From Lentimicrobium sp. (GTDB taxonomy: Bacteria > Bacteroidota > Bacteroidia > Bacteroidales > Lentimicrobiaceae), in the NCBI GenBank assembly GCA_034005265.1, contig JAVEVB010000034.1, positions 1-32,000 of the forward strand: DNA of 32,000 nt. Reading direction: 5' to 3'. Numbering within the stretch: the stretch's first letter is position 1; each line of letters starts with the position of its first letter. The translations under genes were made by a program, and so were the position numbers. The notes under the pieces were generated by a model. That model did no database searches. It was given only the letters and a program-made list of their open reading frames with translations, and was not told the origin of the DNA. Of this stretch, positions 1 to 8,851 are shown piece by piece.

Positions 1-221
1 CAATCACCAATCACTAATCACCAATCACAAATCACAAATCACCAATCACCAATCACAAATCACAAATCACCAATCACCAATCACCAATTACCAATCTCCA
101 ATCACTAATCACCAATCACTAATCACCAATCACCAATCACTATTCACCAATCACCAATCACCAATCACTATTCACCAATCACCAATCACCAATCACCAAT
201 CACCAATCACCAATAAATCCT
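1..221 (+). repeat. Tandem heptanucleotide array, unit AATCAC[C/T/A], about 30 units, truncated by the window edge
   Basis: Direct reading shows uninterrupted period-7 repeats. There is no G on the + strand from 1 to 223, and variation sits mainly at the 7th position. Confidence 0.95.
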
Positions 222-242
222 TTGAATCCTAAAAACTTTCCA

Positions 243-1103
243 ATGGATAAAGCAGAAATCGTAATTTACAAGGAATCTGATAGTGCCGACTTCCAGATCG
301 AAGTTAGGGTTGAAGATGAAACCGTATGGCTTACCCAATCTCAAATGGCCGAATTATTTGATGCAACAAAACAAAACATCAGCCTTCATATAAGTAATAT
401 ATTCAGCGAAGGTGAACTTGAAACTGCGGCAACTGTCAAGGAATCCTTGACAGTTCAACTGGAAGGCTTAAGAAAAGTAAAAAGGAACATTAATTACTAC
501 AATCTTGATGTTATAATTTCAGTTGGATACCGGGTAAAATCTATACGTGGTACCCAATTCAGGATATGGGCAAACAAAGTACTTAAAGAATATCTTTTGA
601 AAGGCTATGTTGTTGATCATCGTATTGGAAAAATCGAAAAAGAAGTTTATTCATTGAATAAGAGATTTGATGAATTTGAATTTCAGATCAAAAGTAACTT
701 TCCTCCATCAGAGGGCATTTTCTTTGATGGCCAAATATTCGATGCCTGGCAATTCGTTTCACGATTGATCAAAGATGCCGAAGAAACTATTGTTTTAATC
801 GATAACTACGTGGATGAAAGTGTTTTGATGTTACTTTCCAAAAGAAACCCAAATGTGAAAGCAACAATCTTCACCGGCAACATCACCAAACAACTCGCAA
901 CTGACCTGAAAAAACATCATCAGCAATATCCGGTAATAGAATTGAAACACTTTTCAAAATCACACGACCGCTTTTTAATCATTGATATGAAAACTGTTTA
1001 TCATATTGGAGCCTCATTGAAAGACCTGGGAAAGCGTTGGTTTGCCTTCTCAAAAATTAACCTTGACCCCAAAGACTTACTTAAGCGAATCGAGGAAGAA
1101 TAA
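243..1103 (+). CDS. RhuM-family (virulence protein RhuM-like) protein
   Basis: The N-terminal signature VWLTQSQMAELFDATKQNISLHISNIFSEGEL and the segment YYNLDVIISVGYRVKSIRGTQFRIWANKVLKEYL are typical of RhuM. I prefer the ATG at 243 over the TTG at 222. Confidence 0.85.
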   Translation: MDKAEIVIYKESDSADFQIEVRVEDETVWLTQSQMAELFDATKQNISLHISNIFSEGELETAATVKESLTVQLEGLRKVKRNINYYNLDVIISVGYRVKSIRGTQFRIWANKVLKEYLLKGYVVDHRIGKIEKEVYSLNKRFDEFEFQIKSNFPPSEGIFFDGQIFDAWQFVSRLIKDAEETIVLIDNYVDESVLMLLSKRNPNVKATIFTGNITKQLATDLKKHHQQYPVIELKHFSKSHDRFLIIDMKTVYHIGASLKDLGKRWFAFSKINLDPKDLLKRIEEE

Positions 1104-1140
1104 GGTTCCGTGTTTCGTGTTCAGGGTTCAGTGAACAATG

Positions 1141-1518
1141 AACACCAATCACCAATCACAAATCACCAATCACCAATCACCAATCACTAATAACTAATCA
1201 CTAATAACTAATCACCAATCACCAATCACTAATCACTAATCACCAATCACCAATCACCAATCACTAATAACTAATCACCAATCACCAATCACCAATCACC
1301 AATCACCAATCACCAATCACCAATCACCAATCACCAATCACCAATAACTAATCACCAATCACTAATAACTAATCACCAATCACTAATAACTAATCACCAA
1401 TCACCAATCACCAATCACCAATCACCAATCACCAATCACCAATCACCAATCACCAATCACCAATCACCAATCACCAATCACCAATCACTAATCACCAATC
1501 ACTAATCACCAATCACTA
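1141..1518 (+). repeat. Tandem heptanucleotide array (AATCACC / AATCACT / AATAACT / AATCACA), about 54 units
   Basis: Direct reading shows period 7. The + strand has no G from 1141 to 1520. This is the same family as 1-221. Confidence 0.97.
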
Positions 1519-2676
1519 ATGACTAATCACAAGTCACCAATCACCAAATTAAAAGTCCTCACCGTCGTCGGCACCCGCCCCGAAATCATCCGCCTCTCCT
1601 GCGTGTTGCAAAAGCTGGATGCCTCTGAAGCCATTGATCATATCCTGGTGCATACCGGACAGAATTACGACTACGAACTGAACGAAGTTTTCTTTGAAGA
1701 CCTCGGATTGCGTCGTCCTGATTTCTTTTTGAATGCTGCCGGCACCAATGCCACCACTACCGCCGGGCAGATATTGATCAATATTGACCCCGTGCTCGAA
1801 CAGGTAAACCCCGATGCCTTTCTGGTACTGGGCGACACCAACTCATGCCTTTGTGCCATAGCCGCCAAAAAACGGCACATCCCCATCTTTCACATGGAAG
1901 CCGGAAACCGCTGTTTCGACCAGCGTGTGCCCGAGGAAAGCAACCGTAAAATTGTTGATCACATCAGCGACATCAATATGACTTACAGCGATATCGCCCG
2001 CGAATATCTGCTGCGCGAAGGCCTGCCTGCCGACCGCATCATAAAAACCGGCAGCCCCATGTTTGAGGTATTGCAGCATTATATGCCCAAAGTTGAACAA
2101 TCTGCCATACTCAACACCCTGGGCTTAACCAAGGGGAACTATTTTGTGGTATCAGCCCACCGCGAGGAAAATATAGCTTCTGAAAAGAACTTCTTTAACC
2201 TGGTTGAAATCCTGAACCAGATTGCCACAAAATTCAATCTGCCGGTGATTGTTTCCACGCACCCCCGCACCCGCAAGATGATTGAAAAGCACCAGGTAAA
2301 ATTTCATGAGCAGGTACGCCTGATGAAACCCATGGGCTTGAGCGACTACCTTGCCCTGCAGGTAAACTCAAAAACAGTGCTGTCGGATAGTGGCACCATT
2401 TCAGAGGAATCTTCCATTCTGAACTTCCGTGCCTTAAACATACGTGAGGCCCACGAGCGCCCCGAAGCCATGGAAGAAGCATCGGTGATGATGGTTGGCC
2501 TCAACCCCGAACGGGTAATGCAAGGCCTCGTGCAGTTGCAATACCAGAAAACCGGCAACGAACGCAATCTCCGCCAGATCGCCGACTACAGCATGCCGAA
2601 TGTAAGCGACAAGGTGGTGAGAATTATTCTGAGTTATACCGATTATGTGAAACGAACGGTGTGGAGTGAAAAATAG
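1519..2676 (+). CDS. Non-hydrolysing UDP-N-acetylglucosamine 2-epimerase, FnlC/Cap5G/WbjD-like
   Basis: Motifs VVGTRPEIIRLS, ILVHTGQNYDYELNEVFF and HMEAGNRCFDQRVPEESNRKIVDH are present. The only canonical start is an ATG inside a degenerate repeat unit (AATGACT). Confidence 0.9.
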   Translation: MTNHKSPITKLKVLTVVGTRPEIIRLSCVLQKLDASEAIDHILVHTGQNYDYELNEVFFEDLGLRRPDFFLNAAGTNATTTAGQILINIDPVLEQVNPDAFLVLGDTNSCLCAIAAKKRHIPIFHMEAGNRCFDQRVPEESNRKIVDHISDINMTYSDIAREYLLREGLPADRIIKTGSPMFEVLQHYMPKVEQSAILNTLGLTKGNYFVVSAHREENIASEKNFFNLVEILNQIATKFNLPVIVSTHPRTRKMIEKHQVKFHEQVRLMKPMGLSDYLALQVNSKTVLSDSGTISEESSILNFRALNIREAHERPEAMEEASVMMVGLNPERVMQGLVQLQYQKTGNERNLRQIADYSMPNVSDKVVRIILSYTDYVKRTVWSEK

Positions 2677-2726
2677 AACACGGATCTCGTCCGAGGCAGA
2701 GACAAGGTAACACTGATTTGACGGAT

Positions 2727-2757
2727 AATCAATTACTAATCACTGATTACCAATCAT
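2727..2757 (+). repeat. Degenerate remnant of the AATCACN heptamer family
   Basis: The sequence aatcaattactaatcactgattaccaatcat lies just 3' of the epimerase and just before the drop in G+C. Confidence 0.5.
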
Positions 2758-2800
2758 AGAACACAGATCACCTCGACCCATTTTACTGTAATTCAACAAA

Positions 2801-4330
2801 TTGGAATCTACATCATCTTCAAATAAACGTATTGCGAAGAATACGATGATGTTGTATATAAGGATGCTGCTTACGATGGCAGTTTCTTTATATACTTCAC
2901 GCATCGTATTGAATACACTGGGTGTTGAAGATTTTGGTATTTACAATGTGGTAGGTGGATTTGTTACCATGTTTGCATTTTTGAACAGTGCAATGGCCAC
3001 TGCAACCCAGCGATTCCTCTCTTTTGAAATTGGCCGTAAGGACAGCGTCCAGTTAGGCAATGTATTTAGCATGAGTGTTAACATTCATTTTATTATTGCT
3101 TTTGTTATTCTAATTTTTGCGGAAACAGTCGGTTTGTGGTTTGTAAACACTCAGTTAACGATACCACCAGAAAGGATGGTAGCTGCCCAATGGGTTTATC
3201 AATTTTCAATTTTAGCATTAATGGTGAATGTGGTAAGCGTACCCTATAACGCCATTATTATTGCCCATGAGCGGATGAATGTATATGCATGGGTAAGTAT
3301 AGCCGAAGTAAGTTTAAAATTACTAATTGTATTTATGCTACAATGGTTTGGTTTTGATAAACTAAAGTTATACGCCATTTTAATTTTTTCAGTTACTTTA
3401 ACTATAAGGTTGGTTTATGGTGTTTATTGCAATAAAAACTTTAAAGAAAGTAAATTTAGTTTCTTTTGGGATAAACCTTTGTTTAACACTTTATTGAGCT
3501 ATGCCGGATGGAATCTCTGGGGTAATGCAGCTATGGCCATGTATGGTCAAGGTGTAAATGTATTGCTGAACATTTTCTTCGGACCAGCGATAAATGCTGC
3601 AGCTGGAATAGCATATCAAATAAGTGGCAGCATAAATGGGTTCGTTCAAAATTTTCAAATGGCAATGAATCCACAAATCATTAAATCTTTTGCAGCTAAT
3701 AATATTAAATACATGCATCAGCTTATTTTTCAAGGAGCGAAGTATTCATTTTTTTTACTTCTTGTTTTTTCACTTCCTATTTTAATGGAGACAGGAACAA
3801 TTTTAAAATTATGGTTAAAAATCGTTCCTGAACACACGATTGTGTTTACCCAATTGGTAATTGCTACGGCATTAATAAATAGCATCTCTGGCCCGCTAAT
3901 GACATCAGCACAAGCTTCTGGAAAAATAAAGTTTTATCAAGCGGTCGTTGGCGGGATTTTATTATTAATTCTTCCTATTTCTTATTTTTTTTTCAAATTA
4001 GATTTTCCTCCTGAAACAACTTTCGTAATAAGTTTTATAATCTATATTTTCGCACTTTATGCGAGATTAATAATTGTGAGTCCGCTTGTCAATTTATCTA
4101 TCCGGGACTACATGAAAAATGTTGTTTTGCAAATTATTCCTGTTTTTCTGGTGTCAACATTACTGCCAATTATTGTTAAACATTATATGACTGAGGGAAT
4201 TCTGAGATTTTTCATAGTCAGCTTCATTTCTGTTATATCAGTTATTTTTAGCATTTATGTGTTTGGACTCAAACACGAAGAACGTCAGTTTTTAGGTCAA
4301 AAACTAGGACAAGTTGTCTTTAAAAAATGA
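2801..4330 (+). CDS. wzx: Wzx-type polysaccharide flippase (MOP superfamily)
   Basis: The 509-aa protein is polytopic. Its N-terminus KRIAKNTMMLYIRMLLTMAVSLYTSRIVLNTLGVEDFGIYNVVGG is typical of Bacteroidota flippases. The TTG start is uncertain. Confidence 0.8.
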   Translation: MESTSSSNKRIAKNTMMLYIRMLLTMAVSLYTSRIVLNTLGVEDFGIYNVVGGFVTMFAFLNSAMATATQRFLSFEIGRKDSVQLGNVFSMSVNIHFIIAFVILIFAETVGLWFVNTQLTIPPERMVAAQWVYQFSILALMVNVVSVPYNAIIIAHERMNVYAWVSIAEVSLKLLIVFMLQWFGFDKLKLYAILIFSVTLTIRLVYGVYCNKNFKESKFSFFWDKPLFNTLLSYAGWNLWGNAAMAMYGQGVNVLLNIFFGPAINAAAGIAYQISGSINGFVQNFQMAMNPQIIKSFAANNIKYMHQLIFQGAKYSFFLLLVFSLPILMETGTILKLWLKIVPEHTIVFTQLVIATALINSISGPLMTSAQASGKIKFYQAVVGGILLLILPISYFFFKLDFPPETTFVISFIIYIFALYARLIIVSPLVNLSIRDYMKNVVLQIIPVFLVSTLLPIIVKHYMTEGILRFFIVSFISVISVIFSIYVFGLKHEERQFLGQKLGQVVFKK

Positions 4331-4352
4331 TTCAGCCCAATAAAACAATAAC

Positions 4353-5480
4353 ATGAAAAATTTGCTTTTTTCTGGCTACTATGGTCATCAAAATACTGGA
4401 GACGATGCATTTATTGAAGTTGCAGCTTGGGGTGCAAAAAAATACTGGCACTGCGGAAATAGTAAGTTTATAACACAAAATTTACCGATAATTCAAAATC
4501 ATGCGGATTTAGTGGGGAAAAATTATTTTAAAGGAAACTATTTCTTAAAAAGTACAATTGCAACTATTTCTGCTGATGCTTTCATTTGTGCTGGTGGGTC
4601 AACTTTCCATTCCCCAATCAACGATTTGGATCCAATCAATATTGCAAGGCTGAAAAAGAAATATTTTCAAAAATTCAAGATCGGAGCAATAGGTGTATCT
4701 TTGGGTCCATATCGATCCATTGTTGCTGAAAAGGAAAACATTAATCTATTGCGCAAATTTGATTTTCTTGCCCTCCGGGATAAAGAATCCTATAAAATGG
4801 CTATGGAATATAATTTACCCTATGAACCTATAGAAGCATTCGATTTAGCCGCACTTTTACCCAAAATTTATGGCAATATTTCAAAAGACGAGATACCTTT
4901 CCAAAAAAATATTTTAGGGATCAGCATTTGCAATTATGAGAGCTATTTGAAAAACGGAGATTTAAAAAATGAAGCTCGAAGAAATGAACAAATAGAAAAT
5001 CTTTTATTTAAAATTGCTGGTTTAAACCAGAAGACGGTATTTCGATTTTTTATTTTTAATGGCAACAAGAATATAGGTGATAAAAAGGCTACGTTGGCAC
5101 TAGTAAGCAAGTTAAAATCAATAAAATCCTTTGTGTGTGAGATTGTAGATTATGACCCAAACACTTATAATACTTGGTTAAAAATACAAGAATGTAATTT
5201 GGTTATATCCACTAGACTTCATGCAGCTGTCTTTGCTTGTTTTGCCAATGTACCGTTTTTTTTGGTTGAGTATCACAGAAAATGCTCGGATTTTTTAAAT
5301 AACATTGGATACCAAAATAATTATAGAATTTTTGATGCCGACTTTGAAGTCAATAAATTCGCATTAAAAATAATTGAACTGTTGGCCGAAAAACAGCCAT
5401 ACATAAAACCAACGAATATTGATAAAGCAGTTGACAAAGCCGAATATAATTTCACAAAAATCAAAATTCATGGAGGCTAA
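4353..5480 (+). CDS. Polysaccharide pyruvyl transferase family protein
   Basis: It has the N-terminal GYYGHQNTGDDAF motif and the C-terminal STRLHAAVFA segment characteristic of CsaB/WcaK-type pyruvyl transferases. Confidence 0.85.
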   Translation: MKNLLFSGYYGHQNTGDDAFIEVAAWGAKKYWHCGNSKFITQNLPIIQNHADLVGKNYFKGNYFLKSTIATISADAFICAGGSTFHSPINDLDPINIARLKKKYFQKFKIGAIGVSLGPYRSIVAEKENINLLRKFDFLALRDKESYKMAMEYNLPYEPIEAFDLAALLPKIYGNISKDEIPFQKNILGISICNYESYLKNGDLKNEARRNEQIENLLFKIAGLNQKTVFRFFIFNGNKNIGDKKATLALVSKLKSIKSFVCEIVDYDPNTYNTWLKIQECNLVISTRLHAAVFACFANVPFFLVEYHRKCSDFLNNIGYQNNYRIFDADFEVNKFALKIIELLAEKQPYIKPTNIDKAVDKAEYNFTKIKIHGG

Positions 5481-6357
5481 ACATATTTATTTTAGCATTG
5501 TAATACCGCTCTTTAATAAGGGTAAAAGTATAAGTAGTACGATAAATTCAGTTTTAAATCAAACCTATAGTGATTTTGAATTAATTCTTGTAAACGATGG
5601 CTCAACGGATAATAGTGTAAATATCGTAGAAAGCTGCGATGACAAACGCATTCGATTAATACACCAAGAGAATAAAGGTGTTTCAGCGGCACGAAATAGA
5701 GGTATTCAAGAAGCTAAAAATGAGTGGATAGCTTTTTTAGATGCTGATGATCAATGGGACAATACATATTTAGAAAAAATGCAACAATTAATAATTGATT
5801 TTCCTCAAGCTTCCTTTTTAGGTTGTCAATTTGCACAAAAAGAAAGAGATAATGTCAGATTAGTCAATGGAGTTCATCAAGTTAGGGGTTATATTGAGAA
5901 TTATTTCCAGTTTGCGATTATAGCTCCTCTTGTACATTCATCTGCGGTAATTGTAAAAAAATCTTGTTTTGATGTTGTTGGCATATTTAATTCAAAATTT
6001 TCAAGGGGCGAAGATCTTGATATGTGGAATAGATTAGCAAAGAATTTCACCTTAGCATTTGAACCAACTTTACTAAGTTATTATATTCAAGATTCAGATA
6101 ATAGAGCATGTAAAAATATTCCTTCATTAGAAAAATTCTATTTAGCGCCTAATTTATTCAGACTCCCAAAATATGAGCAAAAGTATATGATTATACTTCT
6201 AAAGGGAGTCTTGTCTGAGTTGTTCTCTTCAAAACATTATTTGACTTTTATAAGGCTTAGCTTAAAAAATCACCTTTATTCGATAATTGCTTTTAAAGAT
6301 ATTATTCTTAGCAGGTTTACAAGAAAAATTATGACACCTGATAAACATCTGGTATAA
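5470..6357 (+). CDS. Family 2 glycosyltransferase
   Basis: FSIVIPLFNKGKSISSTINSVLNQTYSDFELILVNDGSTDNS and the FLDADDQW (DxD) motif are present. The ATG at 5470 overlaps the upstream stop by 11 nt. Confidence 0.85.
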   Translation: MEAKHIYFSIVIPLFNKGKSISSTINSVLNQTYSDFELILVNDGSTDNSVNIVESCDDKRIRLIHQENKGVSAARNRGIQEAKNEWIAFLDADDQWDNTYLEKMQQLIIDFPQASFLGCQFAQKERDNVRLVNGVHQVRGYIENYFQFAIIAPLVHSSAVIVKKSCFDVVGIFNSKFSRGEDLDMWNRLAKNFTLAFEPTLLSYYIQDSDNRACKNIPSLEKFYLAPNLFRLPKYEQKYMIILLKGVLSELFSSKHYLTFIRLSLKNHLYSIIAFKDIILSRFTRKIMTPDKHLV

Positions 6358-6501
6358 CAAACTAAGGATATTTACTGTTTATAGAAATTATTAATGATGT
6401 TTTTAAAGTATCTATAGTGAAGAATATTAAACAATGTCCAATTAAAATAAATGAAAAATTTCACTAAACTTGTTGGCGATAAATATTTTAAATAAAAGAA
6501 G

Positions 6502-7830
6502 ATGGATTTTTTAAAAATTGAGACTTTTTTTGACATTAATAATAATGAAGACAGGACGATTGAAGTTCTATCAGCGGTTTATCAAAATATTACTGTGTTA
6601 AAAGAAAAAGTTCGAAAAATCGGGGAAGGGATTCTAGATAACGAAAATATTATTAAAGGTAAAAAAATATTATTAAAACCCAACTGGGTCACACATGATC
6701 GTAAACCTGATGACGAATGGTCCTTACGAACACATGATGCTGTAATATTAGCCTTAGTAGAAATTCTAATTGAGCAAAACCCAGCAAGTATCATTATTGG
6801 AGATGCTCCGATTCAAGGGTGTGACTGGAATAAAATGTTAAGTAAAAATTTTATAAACGATATTGAGGTATTAAAAGATAAATATAAAATCCCAATTGCT
6901 ATTAAAGATTTCCGACGCGTTACATTTAACCCCGTCCTAAATAATCCAATAAAAGATAGAAGGCCTTTGACTGATTATGTAATTTTTGATCTTGGTACAA
7001 ATAGTTTTCTTGATCCAATTAGCACTGAAAATAACATCTTCAGAGTTACCAACTATGATCCTGATCGTTTAGCCGAATCGCATAGGAAAGGAATTCATAA
7101 ATATTGTATAACAAAAGAATTATTTGAAGCCGATGTTGTTATTTCATTGCCTAAAGTAAAAACCCACCAGAAGACAGGTATAACTTGTGCTTTAAAAAAC
7201 ATTGTTGGCGTAAATGGTGATAAAGATTATCTCCCGCATCATCGCATAGGTGGAACTGGGTTTGGAGGAGATTGTTATCCCGGTAAAAATATTTTCAGGC
7301 TTTGGTCGGAGTACATTCTAGATATTGCAAACAGGCGCCAGGGAAGTGTATTTTATAAATTTTTTACATACTCTGCAGCAATTCTATGGAAACTGACCAA
7401 TCCTCAAAAAGAACATCATTTAGCTGCAGGCTGGCATGGAAATGATACAACCTGGCGAATGGTGTTAGATTTAAATAAAATCTCCATTTATGGCAAAGCA
7501 GATGGTACAATTTCTGACACTCCTCAAAGAAATTTATATAGTCTATGTGATGGGATAATTGGTGGCCAGGGCAATGGCCCTTTGGAACCTGAACCTCTGC
7601 CATTAGGTATTTTAAGCTTTACAAATCACAGCGGACTGAACGATATATGTATGGCAATTTTAATGGGATTTGATCATAAGAAAATAGCACTTCTAAGAAA
7701 TCAAAAGATTGAGTTCTCAAAAGGAGATTTTCCAATTAGCCTTAACGGCCATAGAATAACATTTGAAATGTTATCAAAATATGCAGTTGAAACCGTTCCT
7801 CCTCCGGGTTGGATAAATCATTTAAAATAA
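6502..7830 (+). CDS. DUF362 domain-containing protein
   Basis: KKILLKPNWV and SLPKVKTHQKTGITCALKNIVG match the DUF362 pattern as I remember it. Confidence 0.75.
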   Translation: MDFLKIETFFDINNNEDRTIEVLSAVYQNITVLKEKVRKIGEGILDNENIIKGKKILLKPNWVTHDRKPDDEWSLRTHDAVILALVEILIEQNPASIIIGDAPIQGCDWNKMLSKNFINDIEVLKDKYKIPIAIKDFRRVTFNPVLNNPIKDRRPLTDYVIFDLGTNSFLDPISTENNIFRVTNYDPDRLAESHRKGIHKYCITKELFEADVVISLPKVKTHQKTGITCALKNIVGVNGDKDYLPHHRIGGTGFGGDCYPGKNIFRLWSEYILDIANRRQGSVFYKFFTYSAAILWKLTNPQKEHHLAAGWHGNDTTWRMVLDLNKISIYGKADGTISDTPQRNLYSLCDGIIGGQGNGPLEPEPLPLGILSFTNHSGLNDICMAILMGFDHKKIALLRNQKIEFSKGDFPISLNGHRITFEMLSKYAVETVPPPGWINHLK

Positions 7831-7833
7831 ATT

Positions 7834-8844
7834 ATGATTGCAATCCATAATAAAAAAAATTCTTTCAGTGAATTGTGGATAGATTATTGTTCTAAAAATA
7901 ATATTCCCTATAAAACAGTTAACTGTTATCAATCCAATATTATATCTCAATTGAGTGATTGTGATGCATTAATGTGGCATCATCATCATGGTGATTACAA
8001 AGATAATATTTTAGCAAAACAACTTTTATTTTCGCTACAGCATGCTGGAGTAGTGGTTTTCCCGGATTTTAATACAAACTGGCATTTTGATGATAAAGTC
8101 GGTCAAAAGTATTTGTTTGAATCGATTGGTGCACCCTCAGTTCCGTCATTTGTATTTTACGATAAAGAAGATGCATTCTCATGGGTTAGAACGACTAATT
8201 ATCCAAAAGTCTTTAAATTAAGAGGTGGAGCTGGTAGTGCAAATGTTAAACTTGTAAATAATCAAACCCAAGCCATATTATTGGTAAGAAAAGCATTTGG
8301 GAAAGGATTCCCTGCATTCGACCGATGGTCATATTGTAAGGATCGTTGTGCGAAATTTTTAAATGGCAGTGATACACTGGTCGGTGCCCTAAAAGGAATA
8401 GGAAGATTGTTTGTGCCAGTAAAAAACATTCATCTGTTACACCACGAAAAGGGATATATTTACTTTCAGGATTTCATCCCTAATAATGAATCAGATACCC
8501 GTGTAATTATTATTGGCGGAAAAGCATTTGCGATAAAGAGATTGGTCCGCAAGAATGATTTTAGAGCGTCTGGTAGTGGTTCGATTATTCATAAAAATGA
8601 TGAGATAGATATTCGATGTGTAAAGATTGCTTTTGAAACATCTGAAAAATTAAAATCACAATGCATTGCATATGACTTTATATTTAATCACGAAAATAGT
8701 CCTCTCATTGTAGAAATTAGTTATGGATTTTCACCTGCTGGCTATTCAAATTGTCCAGGATATTGGGATAGAAATCTTCTTTGGCATGAAGGCGCGTTTA
8801 ATCCATATGGTTGGATGGTTGAAATGATATTAAGCAATAAATAA
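7834..8844 (+). CDS. ATP-grasp fold protein (putative carboxylate-amine ligase)
   Basis: YPKVFKLRGGAGSANVKLV, YFQDFIPNNESDTRVIIIGGKAFAIKR and FRASGSGS fit the RimK-like ATP-grasp layout. The start lies 4 nt after the DUF362 stop. Confidence 0.75.
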   Translation: MIAIHNKKNSFSELWIDYCSKNNIPYKTVNCYQSNIISQLSDCDALMWHHHHGDYKDNILAKQLLFSLQHAGVVVFPDFNTNWHFDDKVGQKYLFESIGAPSVPSFVFYDKEDAFSWVRTTNYPKVFKLRGGAGSANVKLVNNQTQAILLVRKAFGKGFPAFDRWSYCKDRCAKFLNGSDTLVGALKGIGRLFVPVKNIHLLHHEKGYIYFQDFIPNNESDTRVIIIGGKAFAIKRLVRKNDFRASGSGSIIHKNDEIDIRCVKIAFETSEKLKSQCIAYDFIFNHENSPLIVEISYGFSPAGYSNCPGYWDRNLLWHEGAFNPYGWMVEMILSNK

Positions 8845-8851
8845 AGAATTA

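Noticed and set aside
1117-1145. Nested inverted repeats after the RhuM stop as a terminator
   Set aside because: The repeats are GTGTTCA...TGAACAC and GTTCA-G-TGAAC. The stems are short, no U-tract follows, and the sequence runs straight into the heptamer array. The evidence is insufficient.
1141-1518. Classical slipped-strand phase variation of a coding frame by the heptamer array
   Set aside because: The array is G-free, so it cannot contain a start codon, and it lies upstream of the only ATG. Copy-number changes would alter leader length, not the reading frame.
1671-2567. Antisense ORFs of 71-85 aa inside the epimerase gene. Similar antisense or out-of-frame ORFs occur in 18272-18794, 19230-19544, 21615-22264, 23004-24320, 27648-28115, 28402-29079 and 29739-30632.
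   Set aside because: Each lies inside a CDS with strong family signatures on the other strand or frame. Their translations are compositionally biased with no recognisable motifs, as is typical of shadow ORFs in GC-richer genes.
5419-5469. 17-codon N-terminal extension of the GT2 ORF
   Set aside because: It would overlap the pyruvyl-transferase gene by 62 nt. GT2 enzymes typically begin a few residues before the (V/I)S(I/V)(V/I)IP strand, which fits the ATG at 5470.
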